Source: Spirochaetota bacterium (lineage in GTDB: Bacteria; Spirochaetota; UBA4802; JAFGDQ01). Taken from it: 64,000 nucleotides of DNA. The number at the start of each line of letters is the position of its first letter. The stretch's first letter is position 1. The stretch spans positions 64,001 through 128,000 of the forward strand of contig JAZDKB010000010.1 in assembly GCA_043803405.1 (NCBI GenBank). Reading direction: 5' to 3'. Made by a program: the position numbers and the translations under genes. The notes beneath the pieces are model-generated. The model saw only the letters and a program-made list of their open reading frames with translations, made no database searches and was not told the origin of the DNA. Below, piece after piece: positions 9,604 to 21,729 of the stretch.

Positions 9604-10515
9604 ATGCCAAAAGAAAAATTTATATCCGGGTTTTCGACAGTAAGGAACGGCGTAAAACTCGGATACCCCCTTGTTGAATCAATTAAATCCGTCCTGCCTG
9701 TTGTGGACGAGTTCATTATCTCCGTAGGCAAATCGGATGATGATACTCTTAAAACAATCAAGAAGATCGGTGACAAAAAAATAAAGATAATCGAAACAGT
9801 ATGGGACCCACGCTTCACTGTTAAGGGCAGGATTCTTGCCGTGCAGTCGAACATTGCTCTTTTCCAGTGTACGGGCGACTGGGCGTTCTACATCCAGGCG
9901 GACGAAGTTTTTCACGATGAAGATCAGAACAAAATAGTCGCCCTTTGCGAAAAATACAAATCAGACGAAAGGGTCGAAGGTTTTCTTTTCGACTACACGC
10001 ATTTCTTCGGCAACTACAACTGGTACGGCGATTCGTATCACTGGTACAGGAAGGAGATACGCCTGATACGCAATCACAGGGGAATAATATCGTGGCGATC
10101 TGCCCAGAGCTTCCGGGTTGACGGAAGAAAGATAGGCGTGATCGACTCGTGCGCGCGTATATTTCATTACGGCTGGGTGCGGCCCCCCGAAGTAATGGCA
10201 GAAAAGAGACGGCAGCACGATGAGCTTCATCACGGGAAAGGGCATTATCATACAATTCATAAACCTGACTATAATTATTTAAGCGAAATGGATACGAAAT
10301 GCATGAAGCCGTTTACAGGAAAACATCCGGCTGTTATGAAGGACAAAATTAAAAGCTATAAGGTTGATTTTAATCCTGCGATGGTGGATTATAAGCCGAA
10401 GTTTAAAGATTTGCGGCGCAGGCTTCAGAATAAAATAGGCAGGCTCACCGGATTTTATCCCGGGGAATACAAGAATTACAAATTATTAAAAACAGATAAT
10501 AGTGCCAAGTATTGA
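9604..10515 (+). CDS. Glycosyltransferase family 2
   Basis: SDDDT, WAFYIQADE (DxD-like), IFHYGWVR. Confidence 0.85.
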   Translation: MPKEKFISGFSTVRNGVKLGYPLVESIKSVLPVVDEFIISVGKSDDDTLKTIKKIGDKKIKIIETVWDPRFTVKGRILAVQSNIALFQCTGDWAFYIQADEVFHDEDQNKIVALCEKYKSDERVEGFLFDYTHFFGNYNWYGDSYHWYRKEIRLIRNHRGIISWRSAQSFRVDGRKIGVIDSCARIFHYGWVRPPEVMAEKRRQHDELHHGKGHYHTIHKPDYNYLSEMDTKCMKPFTGKHPAVMKDKIKSYKVDFNPAMVDYKPKFKDLRRRLQNKIGRLTGFYPGEYKNYKLLKTDNSAKY

Positions 10516-10519
10516 TTAA

Positions 10520-11167
10520 ATGACATCCGATTTTGATGATATAAAAAAGATCTATAAGTTAATTAAGAGCGACATTGAAAAACAGATCGCAGGCTTTAAG
10601 TCGATATGGAAGCGCGGCAACAATGACGAGCTCTTCACTGAACTTGCGTTCTGTATACTCACGCCTCAGTCAAAAGCAAGATCGGGCTGGAAGGCAATCT
10701 GCAACCTTAAAGAAAAAAATCTGCTCCTGTGCGGCAAATACAGCGACGTCAACAAAGAACTAAACATAGTCCGTTTTAAAAACAAGAAAGCGGAATACCT
10801 TATACACGCCAGGGAAAAGTTCGCTTCAAATGAAAATCCAGGCTTAAAGAAACTGCTAAGCAGCTTTACATCAATATACGAAAAAAGAGACTGGCTTGTA
10901 AAAGAGGTAAAAGGGTACGGCTATAAAGAAGCGAGCCACTTTTTACGCAACATTGGGCTTGGAGAGGAGATCGCGATTCTGGACAGGCACATACTTAAAA
11001 ACCTTAAACTCTTTGATGTGATTAAAAAAATTCCCGATTCAATTACCAGAAAAAAATATTTAGAGATGGAAGAGCAGTTAAAAATATTCGCAAAAGAAAT
11101 AAAGATACCTGCAGATCATCTTGATTTTGTTCTATGGTACAAGGAAGCGGGTGAAGTGTTTAAATAG
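10520..11167 (+). CDS. ogg: 8-oxoguanine DNA glycosylase/AP lyase (Ogg2, archaeal/Thermotoga type)
   Basis: ELAFCILTPQS, HhH motif KGYGYKEASHFLRNIG, AILDRHIL, terminal Lys (GEVFK). Confidence 0.9.
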   Translation: MTSDFDDIKKIYKLIKSDIEKQIAGFKSIWKRGNNDELFTELAFCILTPQSKARSGWKAICNLKEKNLLLCGKYSDVNKELNIVRFKNKKAEYLIHAREKFASNENPGLKKLLSSFTSIYEKRDWLVKEVKGYGYKEASHFLRNIGLGEEIAILDRHILKNLKLFDVIKKIPDSITRKKYLEMEEQLKIFAKEIKIPADHLDFVLWYKEAGEVFK

Positions 11168-11224
11168 CAAAGATACCCTAGAGATGCACGGCCGTGCGTA
11201 TCCATGGGTATTTTTGCATATCTA
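11161..11224. repeat. REP-like palindrome copy A / bidirectional terminator hairpin
   Basis: GCAAAGATACCC-TAGAGATGCAC-GGCC-GTGCGTATCCAT-GGGTATTTTTGC between convergent stop codons. Confidence 0.75.
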
Positions 11225-11839
11225 CTTGCCAAGCAGTTTCTCAATCAGGTCCAGAAAAACCGGTTTTGTAATCTCATCTTTTATGTATGCTCTTACTACC
11301 ATCTGTACCTGCTCAGGGAAAAACGTCCAGTACTTCTTTGCCCAGTCTTGTGGAAAAGATTTTAGTTGCTCATCCGTAAGCTCGCCCATGCTGTAAGCGA
11401 CGAACTGCGATACCATGGCGCGCATAGCGTCATTCGGGATCTTATTTGCAGCTTTCGATTTATCCGGCACCCACTGGCGAAGCAATGCCTGTATCTTTTC
11501 TTCCGGTATGTACGGATCGTACTGAAGTATCATAGTCCTTACCGCGTCCCGCGCGCTACTTGTGATCTGCTCCGAAGTAAGACCCATCCTCTGCTTAATG
11601 TCCGAAGCAAAACGGTTCGCTGTTTTGTTGACGTCCATTTTGCCGAGCGGCTGCCTGGAATTGCGGGACGAAGGCGCGCTTTTACTGTTAGGCATGCTTT
11701 GCATACCGGGCGCCCCTGCCATGCCGGGCATTTTATTTTCGAGCGATTTCAGAAATGCGTCAAGCTCAAGCAGATCCTGCTCAGTAGCATTGGCGAAGAA
11801 ATCATCGACAACTTTTTTTATATCTTCCTGATCGTCCAT
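11222..11839 (-). CDS. Hypothetical protein
   Basis: 205-aa ORF starting 8 bp after pgi, helical composition; no recognised motif. Confidence 0.75.
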   Translation of the reverse strand: MDDQEDIKKVVDDFFANATEQDLLELDAFLKSLENKMPGMAGAPGMQSMPNSKSAPSSRNSRQPLGKMDVNKTANRFASDIKQRMGLTSEQITSSARDAVRTMILQYDPYIPEEKIQALLRQWVPDKSKAANKIPNDAMRAMVSQFVAYSMGELTDEQLKSFPQDWAKKYWTFFPEQVQMVVRAYIKDEITKPVFLDLIEKLLGK

Positions 11840-11847
11840 TTTATTTA

Positions 11848-13521
<1,674 letters not shown>

Positions 13522-14340
13522 TTATTTTAACTCAGCATATTCCTTCACTATGTCTGCTGTAAAAGATTCCATGCCCTCGTATGTCTTGTGGTGCTTAAGC
13601 ATATCCTTAATCACCTGAAAAGGCAATGTCGCGATATGTGCGCCTGCAAGCGCTGCTTCCCTGGTCTGGCGCGGGTTTCTGAGCGAGGCAGCAATGATCT
13701 CCGAGTCGAAATCATAATGCTCCACTATTTCTACACATTGGCCGACTAAATCTATCCCTGAAATAATACCGTTATCGTCCAGAACTTTGCCATCCTTTTC
13801 AATGCCGAATGCCGGGAAATAATCCGATTTGTCGAACTTGGCACCCAGGGTTTTCCGAAGATGATCATCTATCCGGCCGGCAAACGGACTTATAAATTTA
13901 GCACCCGCCTTTGCTGCTAAAAGCGCCTGCTCTGGGGTGAATATCAGAGTACAGTTTACGGGTATTCCTTCTTCCGTCAGCTTCCGTACCGCTTCTATCC
14001 CGTCGAAATGAGTAGTATCCTCATTTTTAAACGCAGGATTAACGGGTATCTTTATATAAACGTTATTTGCAACCGGATTAAACATACCAAAAATTCTTTT
14101 CCCCTGCTCAATCATTTTATCAGCCTTAATCTCGGTTACTTCCAGACTTACCGGCGTATTCTTTGCGGTTGTCAGTATATTATTAATATACGTCTTAAGA
14201 TCAAGTTTCTTGCCTGCTGCGACCCGCTTCTCCACAGCTTTTTTTAACAGCGACGGATTCGTAGTAACACCGTCAGTGACTCCCCAAGCGTATGCCTGCG
14301 CTATTTCCTCAATATCCGCGCTGTCGATAAAAATTTTCAT
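13522..14340 (-). CDS. tal: Transaldolase (TalC/FSA-like family, elongated variant)
   Basis: IFIDSA, GVTTNPSL, VSLEV, YIKIP (Schiff-base Lys), NCTLIF, SPFAGR, IIAASLR. Confidence 0.88.
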   Translation of the reverse strand: MKIFIDSADIEEIAQAYAWGVTDGVTTNPSLLKKAVEKRVAAGKKLDLKTYINNILTTAKNTPVSLEVTEIKADKMIEQGKRIFGMFNPVANNVYIKIPVNPAFKNEDTTHFDGIEAVRKLTEEGIPVNCTLIFTPEQALLAAKAGAKFISPFAGRIDDHLRKTLGAKFDKSDYFPAFGIEKDGKVLDDNGIISGIDLVGQCVEIVEHYDFDSEIIAASLRNPRQTREAALAGAHIATLPFQVIKDMLKHHKTYEGMESFTADIVKEYAELK

Positions 14341-14363
14341 TTAATCATCCTCCAGAATTTTGT

Positions 14364-14552
14364 TTACCCGGCTCTGCCATCATCGCATGGACCGCTTTCA
14401 TCTCTTGCTCTTGCATGCTCAGCAGTATCGGTAGTAGTGCAATACGGCAGTTTTTCCATTTGTATGCCGCAACATTCCGGTGTAACTTCATTGACGCCCG
14501 CGTCAAGACTTTTACCACATTTTTTACATTTGAATGTCGTTCTGTCGTCCAT
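14364..14552 (-). CDS. Small Cys-rich protein with desulforedoxin-like CxxC...CC motif
   Basis: GGAGG RBS; FKCKKCG...ECCGIQM plus a C-terminal YC...CDDGRAG. Confidence 0.75.
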   Translation of the reverse strand: MDDRTTFKCKKCGKSLDAGVNEVTPECCGIQMEKLPYCTTTDTAEHARARDESGPCDDGRAG

Positions 14553-14684
14553 AGCAAGCCTCCGTCTGTAAATAAAAACCCATTAATTATATTACTTTAT
14601 AAACAAATAAAGCAACCGAAAAATTATATTATATTTTAAGGAAAAGAAAGTATAGCAGGATCAATGAGGCAAAAAATTGAATTT

Positions 14685-15314
14685 CTAATAATTATTATAT
14701 TTAACGAATTTTTCAGGAGCCCTTCTATAAGCCCTGGGCAAAAGTTTAACACCTTTTTTCAGATAACCGATAGCCAGGATAAGCGGTATAATTTTTTCCT
14801 CAGGAATATTGAATTCTTTTTTAATCATGTCTTCATTGAATCCGTCCATAGGATGAGTTTCCAGCCCCATATCTTTTGCTGCAATCATAAGGCTCATTGC
14901 AAAAAAAGATGTATTTTTAATGGCGAATATCTTTCTTCTTAAGCTGTCCTTCTCGCCGTAATAACTCAACGTGGAGGCTTTTGACGACTGAAAAGCCTCC
15001 GGTTTTGTATATCCTAACCTGATATTTACATTAAGGACATCATCAATATTCTCTTCTATAGCCGACGGATTGGCTATAATAATAAAAACAGCCGAAGCTT
15101 CGGCAACCTTTGCCTGGTTACCTGCGCATTTTTTTAAATCTTCTTTTCTGTCAGGATCATCGACAATAATAAGTTCCCACGGCTGCAAATTCCTTGAAGA
15201 GGGAGATAGATTTGCAAGATTGAGCAGTTTTTTAATTTTTGCATCAGGTATCTTTTTACCCGGCTCGAAAAAATTTATTGAGCGTCTCTCTTTTAATGCT
15301 TTAACAGTTTCCAT
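14685..15314 (-). CDS. Nitroreductase family protein
   Basis: RRSINFF, SPSSRNLQPW, NQAKV, GLETHPMDGF, LAIGY. Confidence 0.92.
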   Translation of the reverse strand: METVKALKERRSINFFEPGKKIPDAKIKKLLNLANLSPSSRNLQPWELIIVDDPDRKEDLKKCAGNQAKVAEASAVFIIIANPSAIEENIDDVLNVNIRLGYTKPEAFQSSKASTLSYYGEKDSLRRKIFAIKNTSFFAMSLMIAAKDMGLETHPMDGFNEDMIKKEFNIPEEKIIPLILAIGYLKKGVKLLPRAYRRAPEKFVKYNNY

Positions 15315-15434
15315 GAAAATTGCTCCTATATTGCTCCTTTGATTATTATTTAAATTGCGTCCTTAATCCAGTTTGCAATTGTGAGACTATTTAAGCATAT
15401 CAACAAAGAGTTTATTTAAGTATAGTTCGAAAAA

Positions 15435-16640
15435 TTAAAATACTTTTAATCCGGACAGTTTCTTTCCTATCTTTTCTCCCAGTTCAACACAACTTTTAAT
15501 ATCCTGTTCATTCGGAACGAACTTAATATTGATGTCGTCCACCGCATCCATCATGTTAAACTTCATCTCATCAAGTTCGCGGCGGATAAGTTTAACGGAC
15601 TCTCCGCTCCACCCGTAAGAACCGAATGCAGCGCCTATTTTATTCCTGGGTTTCAGGCCTTTCATATACACAAGAAAATCACCGACAGTAGGGAAAATCT
15701 GGTTGTTCAGGGTCGGGGATCCAACAATAACTGCGCCTGCGTCCATAACCTCTGTTATAATATCGCTTCTGTGGCACGACCTTAAATGCATGGGCAGTGT
15801 GTAAACGCCTGTGCTGTTTAAGCCTGCGGTAATTGCTTCAGCCATTTTTTCCGTGCTATGCCACATCGTATCATAAACCACTATAGCTTTCTTAGTCGGT
15901 TTTTGCTCGCACCACTCAGCATAGGCCGAGATTATTTTAGATGGATCAGTACGCCAGATTATTCCATGATCCGGGCAGATCATTTTTATCTGCAAACCGA
16001 GTTCGGCAACACGGCCTAATAATTTTTTTATCAAAGGCGAATAAAGCAAAAGAATATTAGCATAATATTTTTTCGCGTGAGGCATAATAAACTCATCTTT
16101 TATCTCATCATCAAATCTTTCAGGACCGGCATAGTGCTCACCGAACGCGTCGCTCGAAAACAATATCTTATCTTCCTTAAGATAGGAAAACATGCTGTCC
16201 GGCCAGTGAAGCATTCTGGTCTCGAGAAACGTAAAAGTCCTTTTGCCTATTTTAAGTTCTTCACCATCCTTAACAGCTTTAAGATTAAGCTTTCCGTAAA
16301 TATGCCTGCTTAGATTTTCCAATCCCTTTTCTGAACAATATACAGGTTTCTCTTTGCCCAAAATATTCATTACTTCCGAAAGCCCGCCGGAATGATCCAT
16401 TTCCGTATGGTTGCTGATAACATAATCGATTTTTTTCGGATCAATTATGCTTCTGATATTTGCAATCAGTTCCTCAACAAATTCTTTTTTAACAGTATCT
16501 ATCAGCGTAACTTTTTCGTCAATTATCAGATATGAATTGTATGTTGTCCCTTGTTTTGTGGAATATCCGTGAAAGTCGCGCACATTCCAGTCTACAGCTC
16601 CGACAGAATATATACCCGGAGCCAGCTCAGTTGCTTTCAT
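15435..16640 (-). CDS. fprA: Flavodiiron protein (FprA / rubredoxin:oxygen/NO oxidoreductase)
   Basis: GTTYNSYLI, NHTEMDHSG, HWPDSM, DAFG, PDHG; flavodoxin domain GSPTLN and FGSYGWSGE. Confidence 0.95.
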   Translation of the reverse strand: MKATELAPGIYSVGAVDWNVRDFHGYSTKQGTTYNSYLIIDEKVTLIDTVKKEFVEELIANIRSIIDPKKIDYVISNHTEMDHSGGLSEVMNILGKEKPVYCSEKGLENLSRHIYGKLNLKAVKDGEELKIGKRTFTFLETRMLHWPDSMFSYLKEDKILFSSDAFGEHYAGPERFDDEIKDEFIMPHAKKYYANILLLYSPLIKKLLGRVAELGLQIKMICPDHGIIWRTDPSKIISAYAEWCEQKPTKKAIVVYDTMWHSTEKMAEAITAGLNSTGVYTLPMHLRSCHRSDIITEVMDAGAVIVGSPTLNNQIFPTVGDFLVYMKGLKPRNKIGAAFGSYGWSGESVKLIRRELDEMKFNMMDAVDDINIKFVPNEQDIKSCVELGEKIGKKLSGLKVF

Positions 16641-16661
16641 ATTAATTACCTCAGTATTAAG

Positions 16662-16820
16662 TTACATCTTTTCAAATTCGCTTTTTGATGCTCCGCAAAC
16701 CGGGCATGTCCAGTCGTCAGGAATGCTCTCAAATTTTGTCCCTGGTTTAACACCGTTATCCGGATCGCCCTTTTCCGGATCATAGATATAACCGCAAACT
16801 GCGCATTTGTATTTATTCAT
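16662..16820 (-). CDS. rub: Rubredoxin (52 aa, absent from the ORF track)
   Basis: Hand translation [61 protein letters not shown]. Confidence 0.97.
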   Translation of the reverse strand: MNKYKCAVCGYIYDPEKGDPDNGVKPGTKFESIPDDWTCPVCGASKSEFEKM

Positions 16821-16890
16821 ACCGATACTCCTTTTATTTTATAATTTTTTTCGAATTAATAAACTATTACAATAAATACCCGAATATATA

Positions 16891-17859
16891 CTATAATTCT
16901 TTAATGAGATCAATTACATTTTTTTCTATGTTCTGTCTTAATTCGCGAATAAATTCCAGAGACTTACCTGCCGGATCCGGCAAGTCCCAGTTAATGAGTT
17001 TTACACCCGGAATTAAAGGACAGGAAACATCGCAACCCATTGTAACAATAACATCAGGTTTGTTATTCATCAAAACTTCCTGAACTGATTTTGGACTGCG
17101 AAATGCCATATCAATACCTTTTTCAGCCATTATCTGAATCATATTACCGCTTATGCTTTCAGCAGGATTATCGCCGGCGCTAAGCGCCTCAACTGTGCTT
17201 CCGGCATAATAAGCTGTGAACGCTTCCGACATCTGGCTGTGGAACGAATTGTCTTTACATACAAACAACAGTTTCTTTCTGTTTAAATACGGCCTGATCA
17301 GCTCACGGGCTTTTTCTCTTGCTTCGTTAAGCGCACCCGGGTGCTTTGCAATATCGCCCGGCTCCTCAATCTGCCTGTATACAAGGCTCCCTTTAAAGTT
17401 CGCTCCTACAGCATCAAAAAAATACTTAGCAGTAAGATTCAGCCCCTCGAATAAATTCTCGCCCTTTGTTGCTCCTAGAGCAAGTAAAAAACCGCTTCTC
17501 CATTTTCTTCCGGGATCGTCAAGTTTCAGTTTATATTTGCGCGCCCATTGAGTCTGTGAGCGGTCGATAAGTGCCTTTAACTGTGCAGGTACGCTGTAAA
17601 AAAAGACCGGGGTTGCCATAACTATCAGATCCGCCTTCCACAGAAGAGGATAAATCTCACTTTTCATGTCATCATAAATAGGACAAAAGCCCTGTGTCTC
17701 ACAAACCTTGAGTTCTTTGCAAGGAATAATATTTTTTTTATCGACAGCAATAGTGTGAGTTATTGCGCCGTTTTTTTCCGCTTCTTCCATGAAGGCGGAA
17801 AGAAGAACGCTTGTATTCCCGTTTTTTCGCGGGCTTCCCAGCAATCCCAGAATAAACAT
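16891..17859 (-). CDS. Iron-sulfur flavoprotein/FMN reductase domain fused to an LMW-PTP/ArsC-like domain
   Basis: N-terminal GSPRKNGNT, Cys cluster, ATPVFF, KALIDR; C-terminal LFVCKDNSFHSQMSEAF, VTMGCDVSCP, WDLPDP. Confidence 0.85.
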   Translation of the reverse strand: MFILGLLGSPRKNGNTSVLLSAFMEEAEKNGAITHTIAVDKKNIIPCKELKVCETQGFCPIYDDMKSEIYPLLWKADLIVMATPVFFYSVPAQLKALIDRSQTQWARKYKLKLDDPGRKWRSGFLLALGATKGENLFEGLNLTAKYFFDAVGANFKGSLVYRQIEEPGDIAKHPGALNEAREKARELIRPYLNRKKLLFVCKDNSFHSQMSEAFTAYYAGSTVEALSAGDNPAESISGNMIQIMAEKGIDMAFRSPKSVQEVLMNNKPDVIVTMGCDVSCPLIPGVKLINWDLPDPAGKSLEFIRELRQNIEKNVIDLIKEL

Positions 17860-17877
17860 AGTATTTGTCTTTTTATT

Positions 17878-17927
17878 AAGATTTACAAGTAGAGACGTAC
17901 AGTCGTGCGTCTCTACTTGTAAATCTT
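17878..17927. repeat. REP-like palindrome copy B, overlapping the copA stop codon
   Basis: AAGATTTACAAGTAGAGACGTAC-AGTC-GTGCGTCTCTACTTGTAAATCTT; 23-bp arms with one mismatch. Confidence 0.85.
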
Positions 17928-20150
17928 TATTCTATTAAGCCGCAGGCTGTTGCTCACAACGGTAATACTGCTGAGAGCCATGGCGAATGCAGCCATCATC
18001 GGATGCAGATGTCTCAGCATCTCCGGAACTGATTCAAAAGGATAAAGAGCGCCTGCTGCAATGGGAATAAGCGCTATATTGTAAAAGAATGCCCAGAACA
18101 GATTTTGTTTTATTGTCCGCATAGTTGCCCTTGAGAGCGCCATTGCCCTGGATACTCCTTTTAACGCACTCCCAACCAGAACAATATCAGCAGCTTCAAT
18201 CGCTATATCAGTACCAGATCCGATTGCAATACCGACATTCGCCTGCGCAAGAGCGGGTGAATCATTTATTCCGTCGCCTACCATTCCAACCAGGCTGCCG
18301 GTTCCCTGCAATTCTTTTATTTTTCTGGCTTTTTCATCAGGAAGAACATCTGCGATTACCTCATCAATCCCAACACTGTCTGCAATAATTTTAGCAGAAT
18401 TATAATTATCCCCGGTAAGCATTGCAACATTCAGCTTTTGTCCATGCAGTTCAGCTATGGCATCAGCAGATTCAGGCTTTACTTTATCCGAAAGTGCAAT
18501 AATACCCGCCGGCTTGCCGTCAATGGCAATTACAATAACTGCTTTACCCTGATCCTGAAGCCAGGCAATTTTTTCAGTAAAATATTTTAAATCAATATTT
18601 AATTCTTTAAACCATGCAGGTTTGCCTGCATAAATAATTTTTCCGTTTACAAAAGCCTGCACACCCATGCCACGAAACGCCTTAAACCCATCAGCATCAA
18701 ATATGCCCAATCCCCTCTCTTCCGCTTCTTTTACAATTGCCCTGCCGAGCGGGTGTTCCGATCCCTTCTCCACTGAAGCTGCGAGTTTAATTAATTCGTC
18801 ATCATTACTCACAGGATCAGCAGTCATAATATCGGCTACAAAAGGCTGCCCTATTGTAACGGTTCCGGTTTTGTCAAAAACGATCGTGTCCAGCCTTGAA
18901 GCAATTTCGAGAGCCTCGCTGTTTTTAAAAAGAATGCCGTTCTCCGCGCCTTTGCCGGTGCCGGCCATAATCGCAGTAGGCGTTGCAAGCCCCAGGGCGC
19001 ACGGACATGTTATCACAAGAACCGAAACCAGCCGAATCATGGCAGGCACAAATTCACCGGTAATTGCCCACCAGAATGCGAAAACAACCAGCGCAACGCC
19101 AATCACAGAAGGAACAAACACAGCGGAAATTCTATCCGCAATCGATTGAATGGGCGCCTTGCTCCCCTGCGCTTCCTGAACAAGATTTATTATCTGTGCA
19201 AGCGCAGTATCTTTCCCTACTTTAATAGCCTTAAACTTTAACACGCCGTCCAGATTTATTGTGCCTCCGGAAACCCGGTCGCCCTGCTTTTTATCCGCAG
19301 GAATCGGCTCGCCCGTAAGCATTGATTCATTTACAGCGGATTCGCCTTCGGTTATTATTCCGTCAACAGGGATTTTTTCTCCGGGCCTGACTATTATTAT
19401 ATCATTTATATGCAGTCCGGAAATCGGCGTCTCTATTTCTGCGCCGTCTGTAACAACAAACGCCGTCTTTGGCTGAAGCCCCATAAGTTTGCGTATAGCA
19501 CCGCCCGTACGGCCTTTAGTTTTAACCTCAAGAATTTTTCCGAGTTTTATTAAAGTAATAATTACGGCAGCTGTTTCAAAATATACGTGTTCCCCAAGCG
19601 AAGGATTGAGTAATAATGAAAGCGAATAAAAATACGCAACAGACGCCCCCATAGCAACAAGAACATCCATGTTCGCGCTGCCGTTGCGAATACTTTTAAA
19701 GCCTCCCTTATAATAGTCCCACCCTGTATAAAACTGTACAGGAGTAGCCAGAATAAAAAAAAGCCAGCTTACCCAGCAAGCGTGGCTCCAGTGACCGAAT
19801 AAATTAAAATCCCTGCCCATGCTGAGAATAAAAAGCGGAAGCGTAAATATAATTCCCAGCAAAAATTTCCTGGTTTGATTTTTAATCTCTTTTGTACGGG
19901 CGATGATTTCCAACTCATCGCCTTCTTCCGCATTCGGCTTAAGTGCGCCATAACCTGCTTTTTCTATTGCAGCTATCATGCCGTCAATGCTTACAACTTC
20001 GGGCGTATATTCGACAGATACCCGTTCGTTTGCAAAATTTACGGACGCACTGATAATTCCCGGAACTTTCTTAAGAGATCTCTCAATATTCGCAGCGCAG
20101 TTAGCACACGTCATCCCGGTTACTGGAATAATTATCTTGTTCTCGGACAT
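17913..20150 (-). CDS. copA: Cu(I)-translocating P1B-type ATPase
   Basis: GMTCANC metal-binding domain, [33 protein letters not shown] and MxxSS. Confidence 0.95.
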   Translation of the reverse strand: MSENKIIIPVTGMTCANCAANIERSLKKVPGIISASVNFANERVSVEYTPEVVSIDGMIAAIEKAGYGALKPNAEEGDELEIIARTKEIKNQTRKFLLGIIFTLPLFILSMGRDFNLFGHWSHACWVSWLFFILATPVQFYTGWDYYKGGFKSIRNGSANMDVLVAMGASVAYFYSLSLLLNPSLGEHVYFETAAVIITLIKLGKILEVKTKGRTGGAIRKLMGLQPKTAFVVTDGAEIETPISGLHINDIIIVRPGEKIPVDGIITEGESAVNESMLTGEPIPADKKQGDRVSGGTINLDGVLKFKAIKVGKDTALAQIINLVQEAQGSKAPIQSIADRISAVFVPSVIGVALVVFAFWWAITGEFVPAMIRLVSVLVITCPCALGLATPTAIMAGTGKGAENGILFKNSEALEIASRLDTIVFDKTGTVTIGQPFVADIMTADPVSNDDELIKLAASVEKGSEHPLGRAIVKEAEERGLGIFDADGFKAFRGMGVQAFVNGKIIYAGKPAWFKELNIDLKYFTEKIAWLQDQGKAVIVIAIDGKPAGIIALSDKVKPESADAIAELHGQKLNVAMLTGDNYNSAKIIADSVGIDEVIADVLPDEKARKIKELQGTGSLVGMVGDGINDSPALAQANVGIAIGSGTDIAIEAADIVLVGSALKGVSRAMALSRATMRTIKQNLFWAFFYNIALIPIAAGALYPFESVPEMLRHLHPMMAAFAMALSSITVVSNSLRLNRIKIYK

Positions 20151-20157
20151 TATGGTT

Positions 20158-20364
20158 CTATTCAGCAGGCGGATAATTGATTTCCTTAAGCTTATCCATA
20201 ATTGCCTTTAAAGAAGCCGGTGCATCCCAGCTTACCGTAATAGTCTTTGCATTCTGATCTCCCTCAACACCGGAAACACCCGTTATCTCGCTTAATTCAT
20301 TTTTTATTGTCATAACACAGTGCTTGCAGGAGATATTTGGAATTGTTAATTTTTTAGTTTCCAT
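20158..20364 (-). CDS. copZ: Copper chaperone (HMA domain)
   Basis: ISCKHC HMA motif, 68 aa, directly upstream of copA. Confidence 0.88.
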   Translation of the reverse strand: METKKLTIPNISCKHCVMTIKNELSEITGVSGVEGDQNAKTITVSWDAPASLKAIMDKLKEINYPPAE

Positions 20365-20404
20365 TATATGCCTCCATTAGGAAATGTAAAATTATTTTAA
20401 ATAT

Positions 20405-20782
20405 TTATGCTTTCCACAAACCGTGGATATTACAGAATTCTCTTACCGTTACAATATCTTCTATGCCGCAGAATGAAGCTTCAGGCGCTTCACCAGGTTT
20501 AAGAAATTTCCGGCATACTTTGCCGTTAGATTGAATTACCTCTATCCATTCTATAAAATGTTTTTCTTCCATAGGATGTGCTACGGAACCTACTTTGACC
20601 GTAATATCTTTCCCGTTTTTATTTACTACAGGCACATGTTTTTCTTTTGCGGCATCTGTGGTATTTTCAGCAACAAGCGTCATCGGCTTTCCGCAGCACA
20701 CTAATTGCCCCTCACAAGCATGAACTACTTCAATAATATTTCCGCAAATTTCACATTTATATATTTGATCTCTTTTAGTCAT
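20405..20782 (-). CDS. dfx: Desulfoferrodoxin (2Fe superoxide reductase)
   Basis: YKCEICGN...[32 protein letters not shown]. Confidence 0.95.
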   Translation of the reverse strand: MTKRDQIYKCEICGNIIEVVHACEGQLVCCGKPMTLVAENTTDAAKEKHVPVVNKNGKDITVKVGSVAHPMEEKHFIEWIEVIQSNGKVCRKFLKPGEAPEASFCGIEDIVTVREFCNIHGLWKA

Positions 20783-20850
20783 AAAAATCTCCTATTACTT
20801 TTATAAATTATTTTTTGCAGCAACGCAACAAAAATCTTCTCCTTATTAAA

Positions 20851-21423
20851 TTAAAAAATATCCGCCATAATCTGAAAATATGCCTGAGGATGATCGCATG
20901 CCGGACATTTATCGGGCGCGCTGTCTCCTTCGTGAATGTAACCGCAGTTCCTGCATTTCCATTTTACTTTCTGATCTTTCCTGAACAATGTCCCCTCTTT
21001 AAGATTTTTAAGCAGATCCAGATATCTTTTTTCATGATGTTGCTCTGCTATTGCGATTGCCCTGAAAACCCTTGCAATCTCGTTAAAACCTTCATCTTCT
21101 GCAATTTTAGCAAAGCCGGGGTACATCTCATACCATTCATAATGTTCACCTGCTGCCGCTTCTTTCAAATTAACCGCTGTATCCGAAATTATGCCTGCTG
21201 GAAAAGTTGCAGTTATTTCAGCCTCACCGCCCTCTAAAAATTTAAATTCTCTTTTTGCATGTTCCTTTTCCTGATCCGCCGAATCAAGAAATACTGCGGA
21301 AATCTGTTCATATCCTTCTTTTTTTGCCTTGGAAGCGAAATAAGTATAACGATTTCTTGCCTGTGATTCACCGGCGAATGCAGTTAATAAATTTTTTTCC
21401 GTTCTGGTACCTTTAATTTTCAT
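20851..21423 (-). CDS. rbr: Rubrerythrin
   Basis: [34 protein letters not shown]...CPACDHP. Confidence 0.96.
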   Translation of the reverse strand: MKIKGTRTEKNLLTAFAGESQARNRYTYFASKAKKEGYEQISAVFLDSADQEKEHAKREFKFLEGGEAEITATFPAGIISDTAVNLKEAAAGEHYEWYEMYPGFAKIAEDEGFNEIARVFRAIAIAEQHHEKRYLDLLKNLKEGTLFRKDQKVKWKCRNCGYIHEGDSAPDKCPACDHPQAYFQIMADIF

Positions 21424-21533
21424 TTTCCCTACCTTTTAATTTAATTATTCTAATTAAATCGTTCATGGATTAATTAGTGTCTATTTAAATATTTAAAAAA
21501 TCAAGTTATTTATTAAAGCAGATTAAAATTAAC

Positions 21534-21577
21534 TTTGTAATGATTACATTTATATAATTAGTACAAATTGCTGTCAA
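21534..21577 (-). promoter_or_regulatory. Sigma70 promoter of the rbr operon with overlapping PerR-like operator
   Basis: Minus strand TTGACA-N17-TATAAA, immediately followed by the palindrome TGTAATCATTACA (17-mer at 21534-21550). Confidence 0.75.
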
Positions 21578-21729
21578 TAAATAAATATTTTTTAAAAAAA
21601 TATTTCACTAAGGTATTGTATTTTTATGTATTAAAATTAAAAGATAAGATAATAAAATAAAATTTTTTCGGGGCAAATCTTTGGTTAAATAATAAAATCA
21701 AAAACTGTTTATATCGCTGTTTTAATTTG

